The notes under the pieces are model-generated. The model did not search any database. It saw nothing but the letters and a program-made list of their open reading frames with translations, and was not told the DNA's origin. A stretch of DNA of 64,000 nt from Nemertoderma westbladi (taxonomy: Eukaryota > Animalia > Xenacoelomorpha), in contig JAUCBJ010005792.1 in assembly GCA_032718475.1 (NCBI GenBank), forward strand, positions 1 through 64,000, read 5' to 3'. Within the stretch, counting starts at the first letter, position 1. Each line of letters starts with the position of its first letter. Made by a program: the position numbers and the translations under genes. Positions 52,804 to 64,000 of this stretch are shown here, piece by piece.

Positions 52804-54217
52804 GGTAAGAAATTACTTAATTTCATGCTCAGAGTTTTGCTGTACAGTACTTTATTCCAAAATTGTAACATTACTCATCGCCGTTAGTATTAACTGTGAG
52901 TTGATATTAGCACTTTGCAACTTTTAGAGGACATTACAGCATTGTATTGGCCTGCACATTTAGTATAGTATAATTGTATTTATAATTAATTTCCTGACAG
53001 CCAGATAGGCCTACTGCATTACCTAGGGGTAGCTATTAATAACCCGTAGCTATAAACTATTAACATGGCTCCAAACGCCACCATAAATATAAGCTAACTT
53101 ATTTATAACATAATTTATGTCATTTTTACATTTATTTATACAGCAACTAATTTAATTTGTGCAGTTTGAATCACTTATAATATATATACAATCATTTCGT
53201 AATGTTACAATTTTGGAATAAAACTACATACATACTTGTTGCAATGTAATAATCAGTAATAATCAGTAATGCAATACAGTGTTCTGATCCTTGTGGCTTT
53301 ATTTTCACTCACTCGCTACTTTCGTTCGTGTAACAAATCACTCGGATCATCACACTGTTTTTCTTATCACGCTACTTTACACACAAGTATCGTATGTGAA
53401 TAGTTATTAGTATTTATAAACATAATAAATCAATTAGTTTGTAATTATGTTCGCTGCTCAACAATACCCACTGTCGTTTTGTTTCCACATATCATATTAT
53501 TACAGACTGTCCATCTCTAAAGTTTCGACTCAAAAAGCTTCTTACGAGAGGTTATCTTCTAACCATCGTTGTCCGCCACCAATGATACAGTTCGCCTCTT
53601 TGGCTTCAGTAAAAAGCAACAATAATTTTTGAAAATTATTTATTTTGGCATATAGTAATGCATTTCAATTTCTTTTCTTAATGATTTTCATTTCGCATTC
53701 TTACGGAAGCTTTGTACTACTTTATTATTGGTCAAATCCACACAGACTGATAAGAAAATTGAGACCGGGGGGGGGGGGGACTGGACACAAATCCCATCAT
53801 GGCGAATTAATATCCCGCCTCAATGTTAAATTATTAATTTAGGGAAAGGAGCAGGTTACAGTGGCACGTTAACCAAAACAATAAACTAAACACTATAGAA
53901 CAGGTGGCAGCATCCGGAAAAGGCAGCATCCGGAGTTGAGTACAATAATTACAAAAGCAGTAACTATGGAAGCAATATTGTAAAATACTAGGCTATAGTT
54001 CAATTTATATTGTAACATTGGGATTAATGAATTGAGCAACAAAAAAATACCATTTTAAGAATAAAATTACTTAATTTAATACTACAAAGTGAAAAAGTAT
54101 AATTTGTTAATCATTATTCTCTCGACCCTTTATTACCCTTGCTGGGGCTCGGTAAATAAAATATCTCGAGAATTTAGTGAAAAGTTCTACTTTTTTTTCC
54201 CAAAGTATAAGTAATTA

Positions 54218-55170
54218 CTACAACTACTTGGTCGAGCGAGCTCGGACAGTGGAAATGAGATCCTTCCAGGCTTCCCGATTCTCCATAGTTGTCGCAATTT
54301 CGTTTCTCCCCAGTCTAGTATCCCTTTCAAGGTGGTCGTCCACGCCTGCGCGCTTTCCTTGTGTTGGTTGCCAGAAAAGTGATAAAACTTGACTGTTTGT
54401 TCTGGCTCTGATTCATAGATTGGACTGTAGCAAAATATTACTTGGGATTCCCATCAAATGACCCTGGAATTTATAGATTCGATGTTGTTTACTGATGGGC
54501 CTGAAGTGCAAATGGGCTCAGCAGAATTTCTACTCCTCCAATTGATGCATTGGCGGGGTTTCTTACGGCTGAGCTTGTTACTAACGTCCATCCATTTCCA
54601 TTGTCATTGTACTTCATGGCAGTGTCTTCATGACAAATCCGATGTTCTTGGATACAGATGATGTCGATGTTATATTCCATTACCAGTGCGACCAGTCACC
54701 CTGTTTGCTATGTGCTTTCAGCGTGCTTGCGTTCATTGTAGCAATCTTTAGTGTCTTTTAACATTTCAACAGGTTGGTTCTTCTTTCTTCTCTGTCTTCT
54801 GTTCCAGAAGCCGATTTTTCGACCCCAGCAAGCTGTACCACTGAGGGACGCGATCCTTGTTGACCCGGGCGACGACCGAGCCGGTATTTCTCCTGGAGGA
54901 TTCTCATGCTCATATCTTTCAGTTGCGGGAGTAAACCACTTGTGGTATCACCTCCTACAAACGTCTTCGCAGTAGGTCGCCGTTGGTTGATTACCTTCCA
55001 CCGACATTGTCTGCATGACTATAGCCGTTGGTGGATCACCTACTGTATGTATCCCATGGCCTACAGCCCTGCCCTGCTACCAACTGTAGGGGCCCTATTC
55101 ATACACCCTAAACCAAGTGTGCCTTCTGGATTAGGTGCAGTAGAGGAACATCCAGTATAGACAGGGGCGT
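54218..55170 (-). mobile_element. Internally deleted RTE LINE (5' UTR and endonuclease start joined to the 3' end)
   Basis: 54230-54385 matches 7822-7990. IDIICIQEHR and ASIGGVEILLS endonuclease motifs lie upstream. Confidence 0.82.
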
Positions 55171-55344
55171 GCATTTCTATTGCAGACGGATTTTAGTTAG
55201 GAACATTTAGGCTGATTTTGTGTAAAAATCAAACGTGTAGAACTTATGCATGCACTTTCGTACTTTAATTAATATATTAATATGAAGTTAAAGATTATCG
55301 CGCTTGCGCTGTTGCTGTTAATGTCATACTTGCATAACACAATG

Positions 55345-56340
55345 TTAATGATTTCTTTTGGCAGGTGTTCCTCTGAGAGATATGGAAGATTCAGTCTCCC
55401 GAGGAATAATCTAAGTGCGATGGAATGCAGCCCATCGAAATTCCCTTTTGACCAACTCGAAGAACACAGAGAGGAAGATGGCAGCGACGGGGATCTATCC
55501 TCCCTAACTGAAACTGGTGGGAGCGAATCATCGCAAAGTGTTTGTAGCCCAGCATCGTTGCCGGCCTATTCTCGAGGGAACTGTAGTGAGAATGATATAT
55601 CTTATAATTTATCAAACATTGACATAAAGTCAACCAAATGGCCTTATCCATGCAGAGTAATCCCGGGAATAGACAGAGCCGTTTCAGACCCAGGCAGATC
55701 CACATCAGAAACAGAGGGCGCGTCATCGAACCTAGACGACAGAAGTATATCAAACTCAAACATAGCCACTGGTGTTACTGATAGAGCCACCCCGGACATA
55801 AACAGAGCCACATCAGACGCAAACCGAGACACGACTGACTCCGACAAAGCTATATCAGACCAAGACAGTGGCACATCGGACACAATACAAGCCACACCTG
55901 ACTCAGAAAAAGCTACATCAGACCGAGACAGCGCCACATCTGACTTAAACAGAGCGACATTTCATCTAGATAGTACCACATCGGACACAACCCAACCCAC
56001 CTCAGACACAGAAAATGTCACATCAGACCAAGACAGAGGGACACTGGTTCCAGGTAAATTTAAAGATGTTCTAAAAGAGACCTTAACTCCGGAAGATGAC
56101 TTTCTCCTGGACGCCAATGGCACTCTCCTCGAAAATACTGATAGCAGCGAAACAGCCGAAGAAAACATTAAGATTGCTTCTGAGATACTATTTGATTTGA
56201 TTGAAGAGGCGATCGATGGTACCAATAGAAGTGATAGTGAGTGCAATCAAATGAATCACACTGAAGAAGCGACAACCAATTGTGTAAATAATCTCCAATT
56301 AACAACAGACAGTGTCGTAACTAATAGACAGTATCTAAAC
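55345..56340 (+). CDS. Gene B exon (S/T/D-rich, degenerate 7-aa DRATSD repeats)
   Basis: tttggcag|G TGT (phase 2) to AAC|gtgagt (phase 0), about 332 open codons. Confidence 0.85.
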
Positions 56341-56495
56341 GTGAGTAATCTCTGACAAGTATCATTATTTGTGCTAAGTTACATACAGCTATTCAAACCA
56401 TTATTTCGCGTACCGGTAACTATTATTTATTTTCTACTGTAAGGGGGTCTCTGGGTGTGTCATTATATTTCGACATTTTAACAAATTTTGTGTAG

Positions 56496-56638
56496 GTGCT
56501 GGATCCATCTGTCGATGACAAGATTAAGGCGTCTTCCATTCGCCGCCGCTATTTATCAAGAATTAGCATCTACAGAACATCGGATTCAATGAAAGACTTA
56601 GTCCCGAATATAGAAGACTTTGATTCAACTGATGAAAT
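56496..56638 (+). CDS. Gene B exon
   Basis: tgtag|GTG CTG (phase 0) to GAA AT|gttagt. Encodes VLDPSVDDKIKASSIRRRYLSRISIY... Confidence 0.78.
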
Positions 56639-57224
56639 GTTAGTATTATTGTTGTCCTACACATTGTACAGATGTAGGCCTACTGTATATGTTTATATAT
56701 ATAATTTCCTTCGTGTTTTATTAGCAAGTCGTATATGACTTTATTATTGATTTCAAGAAAAAAGGTACTGACTACAACTGCTGACTACTACTACTACTGA
56801 CCCGACGACAACTAGGGCTCTAACGATTTTGATGAAATTGCATGAACCATGAAAATATATTTCTATGGGTACTTGTGAAATGCGGTTTAAATTGAAACAT
56901 GTCAACATGTTTTATTTCGAAAAATAGCCCCATAACACGAAAATTGCCATAGACTCAATGATGCAAAAACCAGCTGGTGCTCATGAAAAAATTATAGCGA
57001 GGGACTAGTAATGAATGCTATTGAGTGGATAGGCCCAAACTGCAGAAGTATATTACTTGCCCAATTTTAGTAAGTCTGGGTTTACTCATTCACTCTTTTC
57101 CAAACAGTAAGCACTGATTTTGTGATAGAATAGCTCATTATAATTTGTATCCCATTACTGAGCCTCGTGCTGCGCGAAGGTCCCACGAACGTACTATATC
57201 AATTGGAGTATAATACCCACTGTA

Positions 57225-57731
57225 TGTTGGGTATGTATTTATGTTTATGTAATAAAAAATATACCTTTAGTGCAATAATATTGTTAGCTTATCCAATTCC
57301 GCTAACACAAACCCATAGAGTGAGCCATAAAGCAATATTGGGAGCACGAGGTTGATTACCAATCAACCTCGTGTCAGCCCAGTAAACGGGGACAATAGGC
57401 CCCAAAGGAGACACACACAATAAGGGTCAGGGGCCAAACCCCTAACCGAGAGAGAACACAGGGAGTGAAGGGAAACACTCCAAAGGGTGCCAACAGGGAT
57501 ATCAACCAATCAGAGGGGGGAAAGGCATCGATTGAGTAGCAATAAGGCCACCGTGCAATATAACCAGTAACCTGTAATCATTCATTCAGTTTACTCAGTC
57601 AGATCAGTAGGGTGGAACGGGGACTTCTGTCACCGTCCGCTACCGCCATTATATATTACCTGTTGTGTCATACTCAGTACTTCTATATATCAACTATCAG
57701 ACTATTATACCTTTATACATATTACCCAACA
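57225..57731 (+). repeat. Probable 5' LTR of the BEL/Pao element
   Basis: Terminal inverted 9-mers TGTTGGGTA and TACCCAACA, a TATAA near 57560 and an internal 13-bp hairpin at 57345-57373. The partner LTR is not in the window. Confidence 0.6.
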
Positions 57732-59839
57732 TCAGAACTCCTTTACCTTTCACACACGGCGGGGACGCGTGGATAGAAAACCCAACGGATAAACCGGGAT
57801 CCGTAGATCCCGTCACAGTGACAGAATCAGATCCGCCCAGCTGCCCTGACAGTGATAGACTGACACCAAAGACAAAGATGAGCCGAATAGGAGAGAAAGG
57901 AACGACACCGCCGCGGACCCCGGACGACGATCTAACGATCCGCGAGGCCACGGCGAGACGATACGAACCCACGACGCCGGTCGATGCTACGCCGACCACG
58001 TCGACGCAGGTTGACGCTACGTCGATAACGAGCAACACGGCGAACCAAGATGTGGGGGGTCGTCTACCAGGAGAGAGCGAGTCGAGTAGAGGAGACGAGT
58101 CGGGAGGAGAAGAGAAAGACGAGTCGACGCGGAGCGAGGGTCGACGTACCGATGTCGCCGGTCCGCCACAGGCCGAGGGCGACGGACGGCCCACCGGAAC
58201 GGCAACGGTGGAGCCGCCGGTACGACGTCGGACCCGGAGAGACAGAGGAGAGGTCGGCGACGAGGACGTCGGGGTTTCTGATCGACTTCGACGGGCCTAC
58301 AACGCGACCCGGGAACTACTAAAGGAGGCCAAGGAGGGGCGAAGATAGACGAGGTGAGACTGAGAAAGCGACTAGGTGAGTCGAACAGATACTTTGATCA
58401 CCTAGTGTGTTCTGGACAGAGAGAACTAGCAGAGTTGAGGGCGTGGGGAGTTGCCTTCGAACTGTTTAAACTATGGGAATGTGGGGGTATGGAACCTAGT
58501 GTAGTGTACATAGGGCCATACTTAGTCGATGCCCAGGATACAAAATTAGTGGGTTGGAAGAGACCTGAGGAGGGCGAATCCGAGGTTAAACCCGAGGATT
58601 CGGTCTCGTCGGTCGGAGGAAGTTCCGGGAGGCGGGGGAAAGTTAGTAGGACGGAGGGGCGGCGGGAGTCCGTCGCGACCGATAAGTCTGCTACATCCTC
58701 CGTAAAAGAAAGACGGGTGCGAGAGAGTGAACGCATGGCGTATAAATTAAAAATGGAAGAATTAGAGTGGCGACTGAGGGGAAGGAAGGAGCAAGAGAGT
58801 GAACGCGAAGAGCGTGAGGCAAGAGAACAGAGCGTGCGGTACACGTACAGTACGCATAGTAGCCGTACGGGCGGGGGGGGGTAGTAGTAGTGCGTTAGGA
58901 AATATTGGTATTAATAGTACCGTAGTAAATAACCCTAATCCCTTTATTACAGGAAATATTTTACCCGGTAGTAGTAATTTAAGTTTAAATTCAAATAATA
59001 ATATTAATTCAAATATTCAGAATAATCAAAATAATTCGAATAATAGTTTAAATCTGAAAATAATCATCATTAAATAATTTAAATAATAATCCCGTTTCAA
59101 ATTCTAATAATTTAATTGATTTAACAAATAATATTGGGAATGGTGCTATTAATGTGAACGCGTCAGACGTGTATAGCCCGGCAGACGGCGGCCTGGTAGG
59201 CCACGTAGTTAGTAGGCAGGAAGTGGCGCGGTTGAGCCAACCCGAGGTGGGCCTGGTAGGCCACGCAGTAGTAGAGAGAGAGGCGGGGGTGAATAGACCC
59301 AGCCGTAGTAGAGATAGTGTGTCGACTAGAGAGGGGTGTAGAGACGAAGTAAGAGATATTGAAGTTAGATGTGGCGGGTGGGGGGGGGCTACGGGCGCCC
59401 CACCACAGAAGATTAGTGGCGAGAGAAAGGGGGTAGAGAGTGTCCGACAAGAGGGACGCAGAAGTGTAGTAAGAGATAGTGAAGTTAGAAGTAGCGGGTG
59501 GGGGGGGGGCTACGGGCACCCCACCGCGAGAGATTAGTAGCGAGAGAGGGGGGGCAGAGAGTGTCCCACAGGCGTCGGCGGATAATGCGCGGGCCGAATT
59601 AGGTAAACCGCAACACCCGGCGACGGAGAGTAATAGGGGGATTGCGAGTATCCCCAGCGGCGTGCGATCGAGCAGAGAGAGACAGGTTGACGTCGCGAGA
59701 GGGCGGGCGACGGAACGTCGAGCCCAGTCAGAAGAGAGAAGATTAGTAGAGTTTAATAGAGAGGTCGAAGATAGAAGAAAATTAGCAGAGTTTAACCGAG
59801 AGGTCGAAGAGAGAAGAAGGGAAGATAGTAGAAGAGTCG

Positions 59840-62800
59840 TTGCCAGGAGCGAACCGGAGAGCGAGGACGGATAGCGAGCCGTCGATAGTAGAGATGGAGT
59901 TAGGGAGTCAGTGGGGTCGAACTTCGGGAGATTGCCGTCGCCCCGGAGAAACGCACCGCACACCAAGAGAGGGGTACAGGACGTACCGATACGAAGACGA
60001 GAGCAGGATAGGGGATCGAAGGGAAGCTTCCCGACGTGATATAGCTGCCGATCGAGAGTACGGTAGTCGCGGGGAGATTCGAGATTCGCGAAGAATAAAC
60101 TTCGGTTCGGAAGGGCACATGCAGACTGCAGGACATACTGTAGGCCTTACTGCACATACTATTATAGGCCATGCTGGGAGAGATAGAGTAGGCGATAGGG
60201 TAGCGCGGACGACGGGATTAAACCCGGAAGTCGCGGAGTACATACCGGTAGGTAGGCGAGAGGTAGGTAGGCCTATATCGGTACAGCAGCATGACTATAA
60301 TACACAGGGACATAACATATATCCAGGGGAGGGGAGAGTTATTGCAGATAGATGTATGGGCCCCAATATATTAACATCAACCCCAGTACCAAACATACCG
60401 GTGGGGGGGGGACAGGGTGACATTCCCCCATCACAATATCAACAATATACCCCAATAGGAGCGAGAACATCGAACCCCTTGGACGAGAACAGATCGTGCG
60501 ACACGGAAATATGGAGGGGGCCGTTACCCCCAATGATATATCCGACGCAACAAATAAAGTCAACAGCAGATAGGACGGACGGACCGTACCCAATAGGAGA
60601 ATCTATACAACATCCATCGAACCCATTAGAAGCGCAAGCGATGGGAATGGCCACATTGATCGATGCGTTAAAAACTAGGATCGAGTTACCACCTGTGGAA
60701 CCATTTAAATTCGATGGGAGTAGGCCGGAAGAATATCTACAGTTTCGGCGCATGTATAGTAACGAAATATTAAGTAAGAACTTGACGCAGGCGGAGTGCC
60801 TAAAATATCTGCAAGTATATACAGGAGGCCCAGCATACGACATCGTGAGGCAATACCAGGGCATCGAGGGCGGCTTCACGACAGCATGGCGGGCGCTAGA
60901 TAGGGAATACGGGCACCCGGCCAAGATCATCCGGCAAACCCTGAGAGGCATAACATCGGGTGGCCTACAGGACAATCCCGTTAGCATAAGGACCTTTGCA
61001 AACAAGGTCGAGAAGGCGTTAATCGTGTTGAAGACGCTAGACGCACCATACGAACTCAACGCGTCTAACAACATCACCACGATAGCGCAGGCACTGCCGA
61101 TCTGGCTGCGGAGAAAGTGGAGGAAGATAGCCTTCTCCACACGGGAGAAGAAGGGTGCGGAACCGGGCTTAGAAGAGATGTCGAGCTTCCTCAACTATGA
61201 AGCCGAATTAATAACAGACCCAGTCTATAGCGAGGATAGTTTGGGGACAAGCCATAAACCCGAACACGATCCTGCAGATCCACTCCCGAGAGTAGGACAA
61301 TCACTACCACATGCGGCCACACAGGGGACTGCTAGTCCACAGTTAGCTGGTAGCAGGGCCACACCGTGGCAGGGACAGAAAGAAAATAACACCATAAATA
61401 AACATAATCCCAACATACCCAGTAGGCCGAGTACAGACAACCAAAACACTAAATCGGTACATATAAACCTAGGCGCGATACGTGAGGGACTATACAGGGA
61501 ACGCTATAATCCAGGATTCGAATGTCAATTACATCGAGACGGAACACATAAGACCAGGAGTTGTAAGCACTGGCAAGCGTTGCCCAAACAAGATCGTGTA
61601 GCCTACACAAACGCAAACGGACTATGTCATCGATGCGTGGTAGAAGGACACAGGTCCGGAGAGTGTGGAGAAACAGCAGTTAGAGAGTCCGAGACTGGAG
61701 GCCAAACAATGGCTACAAGTACGCCAGAAGAGGAGAAGAAGAGAAAAGTACTACTCGGGGTAGTACCAGTAAAGATATCAGGAGAGGGCGGTCGATCAGT
61801 AACGACATTAATGCTGGTCGACAGCGGAGCAGCCTTCACGCTGGTGGAGAACTGGGTGGCCGAAGAGATAGGGCTAAAGACAAGGCCGAATAGAATGGCG
61901 GTGACTACCGTCTCGAGTAAAGATAAGGTCCTGGAGATGAGGACGGGGCGGTGCAGGATAGCAGCGATTGCACCGGGATGCGGCTATGGGGCGACGATCG
62001 ACCCCATCCACGTCATCGAATCGATAAACATCAACGCCAGGCGACCAACCAACACTGAGGTCGAGCAGTATAGATTCCTGGACGGTATCGATTTCTCAAT
62101 ACCAAAGGTGGACGTTAGGAAGGTCTCCATTATAGTAGGAATGGGCTGCCCGACGGCCCATGAGAGGATGAAGACGGTCTTCGGCGAAGACAGGCAGCGG
62201 GACCCGACGGCGATCCTCACGCCGTTCGGATGGACGCTTAGCGGCCCAGTTAAAATCAACATCCCATGCAGTGTGACAGAGACATCTGGGTGCATGATAC
62301 CAGGCACCGAAGACGCAGAGGAAGTAGAGGAGAAACGAGAGATAGTAGAGCCAGATAGGGAGGTGACAGTAAGAAAGTGGGCAGAGGAGAGTAGGTTTCC
62401 CAGCAAGCTTCGGTATGGAGATGAAGCGGAGCGGACGGCGAGGTGTCCGGAGGACAACACTCCAGAGGAGTGTCTGGAGGAGTGTCTAGAGGAGTGTCCG
62501 GAAGAGACGCAGGTCCGGTTTGGAGGCATACCGACAATGGGGAAGTCGAGAAGGAAGGCAGGATGGAAAGGGATAGGACTATTATTCTACCTTCTGTTCT
62601 GCCTGTTCTTTCACTTTCTATTCATTCTGCCGGCGGGAGACAACAAGGAGAGATGTGGCATTTTGATGCCAAGAGAGGAGGAAGTTAAGAAGACGATGGA
62701 GAGACCCAACCTTGGGGTGGTGAAAGGGGGAGAGCCAATCCCTGGTCAGGTGGAATTGGCGAAGAGGGTGTGGCAAAGAGTAAGAGGACATATAGGAGGG

Positions 62801-62845
62801 CAGTGGGAGTGTGCCAACTGGAAGAAGGGGCACCTTAGAGTTTAG
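59840..62845 (+). CDS. BEL/Pao gag-aspartic protease ORF (longest open segment)
   Basis: 1001-codon frame with CQLHRDGTHKTRSC, CHRCVVEGHRSGEC and DSG active site. No YxDD motif. Confidence 0.85.
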   Translation: MPGANRRARTDSEPSIVEMELGSQWGRTSGDCRRPGETHRTPREGYRTYRYEDESRIGDRREASRRDIAADREYGSRGEIRDSRRINFGSEGHMQTAGHTVGLTAHTIIGHAGRDRVGDRVARTTGLNPEVAEYIPVGRREVGRPISVQQHDYNTQGHNIYPGEGRVIADRCMGPNILTSTPVPNIPVGGGQGDIPPSQYQQYTPIGARTSNPLDENRSCDTEIWRGPLPPMIYPTQQIKSTADRTDGPYPIGESIQHPSNPLEAQAMGMATLIDALKTRIELPPVEPFKFDGSRPEEYLQFRRMYSNEILSKNLTQAECLKYLQVYTGGPAYDIVRQYQGIEGGFTTAWRALDREYGHPAKIIRQTLRGITSGGLQDNPVSIRTFANKVEKALIVLKTLDAPYELNASNNITTIAQALPIWLRRKWRKIAFSTREKKGAEPGLEEMSSFLNYEAELITDPVYSEDSLGTSHKPEHDPADPLPRVGQSLPHAATQGTASPQLAGSRATPWQGQKENNTINKHNPNIPSRPSTDNQNTKSVHINLGAIREGLYRERYNPGFECQLHRDGTHKTRSCKHWQALPKQDRVAYTNANGLCHRCVVEGHRSGECGETAVRESETGGQTMATSTPEEEKKRKVLLGVVPVKISGEGGRSVTTLMLVDSGAAFTLVENWVAEEIGLKTRPNRMAVTTVSSKDKVLEMRTGRCRIAAIAPGCGYGATIDPIHVIESININARRPTNTEVEQYRFLDGIDFSIPKVDVRKVSIIVGMGCPTAHERMKTVFGEDRQRDPTAILTPFGWTLSGPVKINIPCSVTETSGCMIPGTEDAEEVEEKREIVEPDREVTVRKWAEESRFPSKLRYGDEAERTARCPEDNTPEECLEECLEECPEETQVRFGGIPTMGKSRRKAGWKGIGLLFYLLFCLFFHFLFILPAGDNKERCGILMPREEEVKKTMERPNLGVVKGGEPIPGQVELAKRVWQRVRGHIGGQWECANWKKGHLRV

Positions 62846-63014
62846 TCGTCCAAGGTTTTGGACTGAGGGGGGTGGGAATGAGGGCGAGACGAGACGCCCT
62901 TCCCACAAGAAAATTAATTATTTAATTAAAAATAAATAATTAAAATAATTAAATAATAGTTAGAAGAGATAGTAAGTAGTAGAACAGGAGATAAGTTAGT
63001 AGAAGGAGAGTAAG

Positions 63015-63710
63015 TTAGAAGGCGGCGGGGTAAGGGAGTGTGGCATATTGTCATGCCACGAGTAGTAGTAGGGAGGTTGTGGGCACCGTAAGCGCCACGT
63101 AGAAGGATAGTAAGTAGAGAAGTTAGAAGGCGGCGGGGTAAGGGAGTGTGGCATATTGTCATGCCACGAGTAGTAGTAGGGGGGTCGTGGGCACCGGAAG
63201 CGCCACGTAGAAAGTAGCAGTGGTAGAGAGGTTGTGGGCACCGGAAGCGCCACGTAGAAAGTAGTAGTAAGAGAGGGGTTGTGGGCACCGGAAGCGCCAC
63301 GTAGAAAGAAGTAGTAAGAGAGGGGTTGTGGGCACCGGAAGCGCCACGTAGAAAGTAGTAGTAGTGGAGTGGTTGTGGGCACCGTTAGCGCCACGTAGAA
63401 AGTAGTAAGAGAGGGGTTGTGGGCACCGGAAGCGCCACGTAGAAAGTAGTAGCAGGGAGTGGTTGTGGGCACCGCAAGCGCCACGTAGATAGAGGTATTA
63501 GTGGAGGTGGAGATGTAGTAGAGTAGTAGAGGGTAGATAGTAGAGTGGTTGTGGGTACCACAAGCGCCACGTAGATAGAGGGTTTTAGTTAGAGTTAGTA
63601 GTAGAGTGGTTGTGGGCACCGTTAGCGCCACGTAGATGGAGATAGAGTTAGTAAGAGGGTACGTAGTACCGGTTGTGGTTGTGGGCACCGTTAGCGCCAC
63701 GTAGATAGAG
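63015..63710 (+). repeat. Array of 11 hairpin-forming 24-nt cores with variable purine-rich spacers
   Basis: GTGGGCACCGGAAGCGCCACGTAG core at about 63079, 63186, 63234, 63281, 63328, 63375, 63419, 63464, 63551, 63612 and 63681. Confidence 0.9.
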
Positions 63711-64000
63711 ATAGAGTTAGTTGGAGGATTTTAGTTAGAGTTAGAAAAGAGTTAGTAGACTTAGCAGAAAGTTAGAGAGTTCTAGTTAGAGTTAGTAGAA
63801 AGTTAGAGGCTTTTAGTTAGAGCTAAAAGTAGTAAGAGTTAGCAGAGAGCAGAGTTAGTAGTTAGTAGAGTTAGATAGTTAGAGTTAGTAAGTTAGATAA
63901 GGTAGATAGTATGATAGCACAGGGGTAGCATTAGAGGTCAGGGCCTTAGAGAGTGGCAGAGAGTAGAGAGGAGATAGTGAGAAGAGCTGTTGGCGAGAAG

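Larger units (their letters stand above)
57225..64000 (+). mobile_element. BEL/Pao-derived LTR element encoding gag-protease, lacking RT/RNase H
   Basis: KPEDSVSSVG, LPPVEPFKFDG (DUF1759-like), Cys/His knuckles, LVDSGA protease and TPFGWTLSGP. Upstream gag is broken by frameshifts, several at G-runs. Confidence 0.88.

Noticed and set aside
62560-62640. Envelope-like transmembrane gene in the BEL element
   Set aside because: A single hydrophobic stretch with no signal peptide or ectodomain. It is better explained as degenerate pol sequence.
63015-63710. CRISPR-like repeat-spacer array
   Set aside because: Spacers are low-complexity, related to one another and variable in length. There are no cas genes and the context is a eukaryotic retroelement.
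63710-64000. Telomeric repeat
   Set aside because: Irregular AGTTAG/TTAGAG units rather than a regular TTAGGG or TTAGG array.

Overview
AT-rich, intron- and repeat-rich animal (invertebrate-like) genomic DNA, not prokaryotic. Two divergently oriented spliced genes: (A) a minus-strand C2H2 zinc-finger gene with at least 8 phase-compatible exons (22582->4362), and (B) a plus-strand gene of unknown function (exons 32385-32836, 55345-56340, 56496-56638, continuing beyond the window). An intronless NDUFA4/COXFA4-like ORF (44194-44592) is nested in gene B's large intron. The rest is tandem arrays, RTE and CR1/L2-type LINE relics, a deleted Gypsy element with LTRs and TSD, a BEL/Pao-derived gag-protease element, a 5-kb fold-back structure and several MITEs. 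Most notable: a 41-bp minisatellite made of about 43 copies of a real splice acceptor of gene A, each decoy leading to a stop codon; a PDE10A N-terminal-helix-like exon spliced onto the zinc-finger protein; pervasive palindromic TA-x-TA scars resembling transposon excision footprints, some visible by comparing repeat copies; and an intronic cluster of RFX X-box-like motifs. All family assignments come from motif recognition by eye, not database searches.
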